A DNA stretch of 30,544 nt, taken from contig NW_021832459.1 in the NCBI RefSeq assembly GCF_006345805.1, positions 1 through 30,544 on the forward strand, written 5' to 3'. The notes beneath the pieces are model-generated. The model was not told where the DNA came from and did not search any database. It was given only the letters and a program-made list of their open reading frames with translations. Shown in pieces: positions 23,551-30,544 of this stretch; position 1 is the first letter of the stretch, and each line of letters opens with the position of its first letter. Made by a program: the position numbers and the translations under genes. Source of the DNA: Octopus sinensis (taxonomy: Eukaryota).

Positions 23551-23889
23551 CGGTTTTTTTGACTTTTTATTAAAATTTTATGTATTGATTAAGTCTTTCC
23601 TTGTTTGTTTTGCAAAATAGTGGTTTTGTCTCTAATAATATTATATATATATATATATATTTTGTGTGTGTGTATGTGTATGTGCCCATTCATTTATACA
23701 TATATATGTGTGTATTTGTGTATATGCATACACAGATATCTAGATACACTGGGGGCTTCTATGAGCATGCTTGCCCACAATTTCTTTCTTAATCTCCATC
23801 AGTTCTTTACATACCACCCCCACACATCCTTCCTCCACCCCCACAAACATATCATAAGTGCATATGTATTTTTATATATGTACACACAC

Positions 23890-23914
23890 GGATATACATG
23901 TGTGTGTATATGTA

Positions 23915-23952
<38 letters not shown>

Positions 23953-23980
23953 CACACACACATGTGTGTGTGTATATGTA

Positions 23981-24030
<50 letters not shown>

Positions 24031-24082
24031 TGTGTGTGTGTATATGTATGTTTGTGTGTGTGTATATATATATATATATATA
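23890..24082. repeat. Three ~60-bp tandem units of alternating purine/pyrimidine microsatellite
   Basis: CATGTGTGTG(TG)TATATGTATG(TG)n(TA)n(CA)n repeated three times. Confidence 0.75.
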
Positions 24083-24469
24083 AAAACTTACTTGGAGAAA
24101 AGAAAAGAAACGAAACGACGCGAGGGCGCTCAGTCATACAATAATTTAATATATATATATATATGTATGTATGTATGTATATCTGTGTGTGTGTATACAT
24201 ATATACATATACGTAATTATTATTATATAAAACAATATTTAAGACTTTCAGATACCAAAAATTATAATTTATTTTCTTTTAAGCCATGAGCTGGTTACTT
24301 GCTAATGAATTCAGGTTACTTTTTTCTTTCCTTCTTTCCTTCTTTTCTTTCTTTCTTTCTTTTTTTCCTTCCCATGTCATTAATAGTTTTCATTTCATTA
24401 CTTTACTTTGCATATGTGTGTATATGTGTATGTGTCTGCGTATGTGTGCAGAAATAAAAGTAACTCTGT

Positions 24470-24517
<48 letters not shown>

Positions 24518-25327
24518 CATCTAATACATTTTTAATCATTTCTTTCTTTCTTTCGTATCTCATCCGTTTTTACTCACCCCTCTCCCAGATAACTTCTTTT
24601 TCCTTTTTCTCTTTTTGTTTGTCATTTCTCATTTTCTCACTCGATTCCTTTAAACTCTGTCAAGATCAAGAAATAATCTTGTTTCAGCAACGATGCCGTA
24701 ATTGGTCTCACTCAAACAGCCAATGCTTCTGCTCCCAGGCTTAGTCAATTTGGAAACATATTGTACTGCCTAATAATCGTCTAAAATAATGTAGTGCTTG
24801 TTGTATAGGAAAGGTCAGAGAAAATTATAGTAGAGGGCAGCAGCAACATAGTATAGAATAGTATAGGGAACAATAGTATAGGGTTAGGGAGTGCATAATT
24901 TAGTGTTGTATAGTAAATGTAAGGCGCAGGAGTGGCTGTGTGGTAAGTATCTAAATTTGGCCAAATGGATTTTTATTAATATTTCATTTTGCTTGCAATA
25001 GCCGGTTCTGTTGGTCAAGCTATCGCCTCTCCAACTGCTTCAGATTCCAAGATATGAAAATTGTGAAAGTGTAGTACAACGGTTTAACATTTTTCAAAAG
25101 TGTAGTAAGTCCCACACATGACAGTTTAGCAAAACTATTTCTGACTGAAAACATCATACATGCATGGAGTTACGATTTTATGCAACCAACAAAGTATTAT
25201 CATTAAGCTGAAACTGTTGTTAATGTAAAAAGAAATGCAATGTTGACACTATTTTTACGTTTGCATAATAGCAACGAAATGTATTGATACACAAACATAT
25301 TCATACACTCACAAACAGTTACGACAA

Positions 25328-25935
25328 TGAGTGTTCCTGTTGATCTGATAAGCAGAACAGCCTGCTCATGAAATTAACAAACAAGTGGCTGAGTACTCCA
25401 CAGACATACATGCCCTTAATGTAGTTCTCAGGGAACTTATTCTATCGGTCTCTTTTGCCGAACCGCTAAGTGACGGGGACGTAAACACACAGTATCGGTT
25501 GTCAAGCAATGCTAGGGGGTACAAACACAGACACACAAACACACACACACACATACACATATATATATACATATATACGACAGGGTTCTTTCAGTTTCTG
25601 TCTACCAAATCCACTCACAAGGCATTGGTCGGCCCGGGGCTATAGCAGAAGACACTTGCCCAAGATGCCACGCAGTGGGACTGAACCCGGAACCATGTGG
25701 TTGGTTAGCAAGCTACTTACCACACAGCCACAGTAGTTCTCAGGGAGATTCAGTGTGACATAGAATATGACATTGTTGTCCCTTTGCTATTACTTAGTTA
25801 CTACATCAGTTTTGAGGGGACTGGAGCAACATGAAATAAAGTGTCTTGCTGAAGGATGCAACACACTCCCAAGTATTGAACTCATGACCCTATTACTGTA
25901 AACCAAATACTCTAACCACAAAGCCATCCACCTTC
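25328..25935 (-). mobile_element. Older tRNA-SINE (family C) interrupted by a family-A insertion
   Basis: Minus-strand head GAAGGTGGATGGCTTTGTGGTTAGAG...GAGTTCAATAC...CAGCAAGACACTTTATTTCATGTTGCTCCAG. The host is contiguous once 25435-25746 is removed. Confidence 0.7.
25435..25732 (-). mobile_element. Family-A SINE truncated at both ends and flanked by a 14-bp direct repeat
   Basis: GTAGTTCTCAGGGA at 25421-25434 and 25733-25746. Confidence 0.88.
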
Positions 25936-26199
25936 GACAAACACACACAAAAGTGGACGACAATACACATGTGTGTGTGTGTGTGTGTGTTAGATGACAT
26001 GATCTTTGCTAGAATACCTCTAATCAAAGATTTGGCAGCTCAAGTCAGACTCGGGGTTAAACAACTACAACTGCAACAACAACCTTATTAAACTCAGGTA
26101 TTTCCAATTCAATGATTAACCATTCCTAAGAATACGAGATCTTTATATTTATGGGAGGGAGAAGGTAAAGTCGTTTGATTGATTGATCAGTTTGTGTAT

Positions 26200-26585
26200 G
26201 GGTTCCTTTTCCTCTGTGCCGGTGGCATGTAAAATGCACCATCTGATTGTGGCTGTTGTCAGCCTCATCTGGCTCCCGTGTCGGTGGCACGTAAAAAGCA
26301 CCATCCAATTGTGGCCGTTTGCCAGCCTCGTCTGGCCCCCATATCGGTGGCACATAAAAAGCACCATCCGATCGTGGCCATTTGCCAGCCTCATCTGGCC
26401 CCCGTGCAGGTGGCACGTAAAAAGCACCCACTACACTCACGGAGTGGTTGGCGTTAGGAAGGGCATCCAGCTGTAGAAACTCTGCCAGATCAGACTGGGC
26501 CTGGTGCAGCCTTCTGGCTTCCCAGACCCCAGTTAAACCGTCCAACCCATGCCAGCATGGAAAGCGGACGTTAAACGATGATGAA
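26200..26585 (+). mobile_element. Interspersed retro-type repeat with an internal 62-63 bp tandem array and a (GAT)n-like end
   Basis: GGTGGCACGTAAAAAGCACC-type motif at 26221, 26283, 26346 and 26409, followed by GTTGGCGTTAGGAAGGGCATCCAG...CCAACCCATGCCAGCATGGAAAGCGGACGTTAAACGATGATG. Decayed relatives of the 3' end lie near 12920-12980 and 20240-20295. Confidence 0.7.
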
Positions 26586-26959
26586 TGCATGTGCATCTGT
26601 GTGTGGGAGAGACGGATGGTAGCTCGGTGGTTTAGACTGGATTTATTCATATTGCTTGCTGTTAGCCATCTCAAATTATCTTCTTCTTTAACTGGTTTCA
26701 GGTTTTACGATACCAATCAACAGCTCCGAATATTTTCTGAGATTAATGGGGCTTAGGTGTTAGTTGCTATCCTCTCGTCTGGCTGTCTATTATTTATACT
26801 TACATACATACTCCTTGTCTCTCTTTCTCTCTTGCTTGCTCTCTCTTTCTCCTTATATATATATATATTATATATATACACACATATATCTATGTTTGTA
26901 TTCCACCTACCTTCGTCTTTTGTTTATTTTCCGTAAACCTGCCTTCATCTTTTGTCTAT

Positions 26960-27136
26960 TTTCATAAAGCTTCCCGTTATGTATGTATATATGTACACCT
27001 GTGTATGGGGTTTTTATATATGTGCATACATATTTTATATATATGTATATATATGTTTATATATGTATGTAAATATGTATGTATATCTGTGTGTGTACGT
27101 ATATATTTGTATTTATACATATATATATATTTATGT

Positions 27137-27186
<50 letters not shown>

Positions 27187-27466
27187 GTACTTGTAGATAT
27201 CTATATGCATGTATTAATCTGTCTCTGTGTACATTTGTGTGTATGTGCATATGTGTGTAATTATGAATAGGCATGTACATGCATGTGCATATTTTTGTAT
27301 ACATACATACATACATATACATATATATATATATATATATACATTTGTGTGTGTATATATACACATACGTACTGGCACACAATTTGATAGTGTATGTTTT
27401 ATTTATGATATGTCGGCATGTGAATACACACACATTTATACAAAGAAATATTTGTATTTTGACCTC

Positions 27467-27520
<54 letters not shown>

Positions 27521-27830
27521 CACACACAGGTCAAAATACAAATATTTCTTACATTTAACAAGAAATATTTGTATTTTGACCTGTGTGTGTGTATATATAT
27601 ATACATATATATTATATTTATATATATATACATATATACACACACACAGGTCAAAATACAAATATTTCTTTGTATAAATGTGTGTGTATTCACATGCCAG
27701 CATATAAATAAAACATGTGTGTGTATATATATATATATATATATTAGAAAATGGTCTACATCTTGGTATTTCTGGATGTGTGTCTATATATACACACACA
27801 CACATAGACATATAAGCTAATAGCATGATG
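26960..27830. repeat. Microsatellite-rich tract with nested local inverted duplications (27394-27717)
   Basis: AAGAAATATTTGTATTTTGACC occurs forward, reverse, forward, reverse, separated by (TA)n. Confidence 0.85.
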
Positions 27831-28052
27831 CATTCTATTTTCTATGAATATACATACATTGACATTCACACACACACACAGACACTCAAATGCACTCACT
27901 TATACATACACACACACACACACACTCACAAACACACACATGTATAAACACAGACACGCACTCACACACAAAACCACAAAACATCATTCAAGAATTTGGT
28001 CAAGTTTGCTGGTCAATACCAGAAAGGTGGAGGAACAATGGGAGACGTTCAC

Positions 28053-28171
28053 CTTGCAAATTTTCTAAATACTTTCCAAGACATTGTTGCAGCATTTAAC
28101 ACTTGTTGAATAAACACAATGTTTGATACTCTCGTTCTGTTCACTGGCTTTACTTCATCATCAGCACCGGA
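28053..28171 (-). other. Candidate 119-nt coding exon of an unidentified gene
   Basis: Weak acceptor CCAACTCAG and donor AAG|GTGAAC. Open peptide SGADDEVKPVNRTRVSNIVFIQQVLNAATMSWKVFRKFA. Confidence 0.2.
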
Positions 28172-28274
28172 CTGAGTTGGTCGAGGAAATCATTTCTTTG
28201 CTACTTCTATGCAGAACATTCCACTTTTATTTTTCACTTCACTCAACTAGAATTTCTTCTTTTGTTTGTTCGAA

Positions 28275-28322
28275 AATTGATTAGGATATATACATATATA
28301 TATTATATATACACATACATGC

Positions 28323-28354
<32 letters not shown>

Positions 28355-28504
28355 CATACATGCATATATATATGTATATATATTGTATGTATATATATAT
28401 ACATATATATATAATACACACACACACACACATACATGCATATATTTATACATACACACACACATATATACATATATAAATATATATATATATACACATA
28501 TACA

Positions 28505-28540
<36 letters not shown>

Positions 28541-29076
28541 CATTCATATATATATCTATCTATCTATCTATCTATATATATATACATACATGCACATATA
28601 TATATATATGCATGTATGCATATATATATATACATACATGCATATATATATATACATACATACATACATACACACATGCATATATATATATATATATTTA
28701 TTATATGATTTTTGCCTGTTTTTTATATTGCTTTGTATTATATTTTAGTTTTGTGGTTTTTTTGTATTTTTTTTCTGTTTTGGGTTTTGCATGTTCTTTT
28801 TTTTTCCGTGTTTCCTTTTGTTTTTTTGTTGTTTCCTTTTCATTCTTGTACTCCTCCTTATATTTCCTTTCCACGGATCAGTGGTTTCTGTGTTTAAAGA
28901 AATTTGCAACTAAATTGGCTATTTAAAGAATATGAAAGGCCAAAGAAATTTCTGCTTAAATTACATCCATTTGTCAGCAAAATGATTAAAAAAACCTTCT
29001 CAAAATAAAGAGTTGTATGTATATGTGTATACATAATTAAACACACACCTGCATACATACACACACTATATATGTA

Positions 29077-29120
<44 letters not shown>

Positions 29121-29368
29121 TGATTATAAGTATGTGTGTATGTATGTATGTGTATATATGTGTGTGTTTATATATATGTGGTTGTGCATATATATCTGTA
29201 TATACAAGTGCATATATATATGTGTATATACATGTATATATATATATATTATATGTGTGTGTGTGTATATATATGTATATATATGTGTGTGGTGTATACA
29301 TGTATATACACATATACGTAAACATAGACATACATAGACATAATATATGTTTAAATGTATGACGTATG

Positions 29369-29416
<48 letters not shown>

Positions 29417-29480
29417 TCCCTCCACATATATATTTAAATATGCATATATATATATATATATTAATATATATATATGTATG
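28275..29480. repeat. Compound (TA)n/(CATA)n/(TG)n microsatellites with a T-rich interruption
   Basis: Read directly from sequence. Confidence 0.85.
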
Positions 29481-30119
29481 TATGTCTGTATGTGTGTCTG
29501 TTTTGTGTGAGTTAGAGACAGAGTAGAGTAAATAAAAATTTAATCATTATTTTGTGAATTGATATTTGTCATTGTTAGAACTAGAAGACGTACTCAAGTC
29601 TTTCGCTTTCAGAATACAATGTCTTCTCACCATTGCTTCACTCGCATAAAACAGGTTGCAGTAGCTTCGATTAGATGGCCACTATTATAGTCTTCAATAG
29701 ATTGTACTTTGGTTTCATAGATTAGGCTGTATATTTGGAGATAGATTTCAAGATGGATAGTTAGATGACAGATAAATAGATTGTTCATTTAACCTTATTT
29801 TACTGGTGTTAGACATAATAATGCAGCCACTTATGGGAAACTGCTTTAAAATGTTCTTTACAGTCCTGGACATCAACCCTTTTTGTTTGGTTGGTCTATT
29901 ACTTATTTCATTATTTAACATACTGCTATTTCTAGCAGAAAAAAGTAAGTGTAGTTACGGAGATGTACTCGCATAGCAAGTGATTTGATCTGAGATCATG
30001 TGCTGGAATGAAAACAATTGCAGCATGGAAGGTGTTTGTAAGCCATTTAAGAAACGCACAAAAGCTGTTCGATTCACTTCAACATTTAAGTTTAATTTGT
30101 CAAAATATTTTCATCGCTA

Positions 30120-30389
30120 TAAGTGACGGGGATGTAAACACACCAGCATCGGTTGTCAAGCAATGCTAGGGGGACAAACACAGACACACAAACACATACA
30201 CACACACATATATATATATATATACATATATACGACAGGCTTCTTTCAGTTTCCGTCTACCAAATCCACTCACAAGGCATTGATCGGCCTGCGTCTATAG
30301 CAGAAGACACTTGCCCAAGATGCCACGCAGTGGGACTGAACTCGGAACCATGTGGTTGGTTAGCAAGCTACTACCCACAGCCACTCCTG
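30120..30389 (-). mobile_element. 3'-truncated family-A SINE
   Basis: Head CAGGAGTGGCTGTG on the minus strand through AAGTGACGGGG. The tail is missing. Confidence 0.88.
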
Positions 30390-30544
30390 ATGATGAAATT
30401 TTTAAAACAGCGTCTGGCCTAGTTGAACCCTTTTGATAATCAACTTGGCTGAGACACCCTTGTTTTAAGACAGAGACTTCCTGCTTTGAAGGGATCTAAA
30501 TGATATCTCCCATCATGTTTATTTATGTTTCAAAACCCAGACAG

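Larger units (their letters stand above)
21888..23647 (-). mobile_element. PLE-like element remnant with an inverted pseudo-LTR (arms ~425 bp)
   Basis: 21968-22395 is the reverse complement of 23226-23647 and each arm has a hammerhead. The long minus-strand copy continues through an 830-bp T/G-rich spacer and has an extra tail to ~21888. Both ends abut (TA)n. No intact ORF. Confidence 0.75.

Noticed and set aside
24878-24890. TAGGGTTAGGG telomeric motif
   Set aside because: Fewer than two full units within an (ATAGT)-like low-complexity stretch.
26221-26430. CRISPR-like array
   Set aside because: Whole units are repeated, so there are no unique spacers. The context is eukaryotic with no cas genes.
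30383-30410. CTGATGA as a hammerhead core
   Set aside because: CTG belongs to the SINE 5' end, and there is no correctly placed GAAA or helices.
409-30422. Most ORFs in the six-frame track (poly-YI, CV, HT, T/H/P, YVCM)
   Set aside because: They are translations of microsatellites or SINE bodies with no codon complexity or recognisable domains.

Overview
Eukaryotic, very AT-rich and repeat-dense DNA with no complete gene. The SINE types and the heavy (TA)n/(CA)n/(TATG)n load look like a coleoid cephalopod, most likely Octopus (inference). Nearly all ORFs in the supplied track are translations of microsatellites. The window is a mosaic of several tRNA-derived SINE families, 3' fragments of RTE and CR1 LINEs, a non-autonomous Helitron, and hAT-, Tc1/mariner- and piggyBac-type MITEs. 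The most notable content is a cluster of minimal type I hammerhead-ribozyme motifs from about five unrelated sequence families: 7805-7848(-), 14075-14124(+) with its copy 17115-17164(-), 18900-18930(+), 19381-19425(+), and 22065-22107(-) with its copy 23508-23550(+). Most sit in long fold-back inverted repeats typical of Penelope-like retroelement pseudo-LTRs. One fold-back unit is itself duplicated in inverted orientation around a ~3 kb segment, which looks like a staggered-break inversion. A few minus-strand splice-flanked islands may be exons of an unidentified host gene (low confidence).
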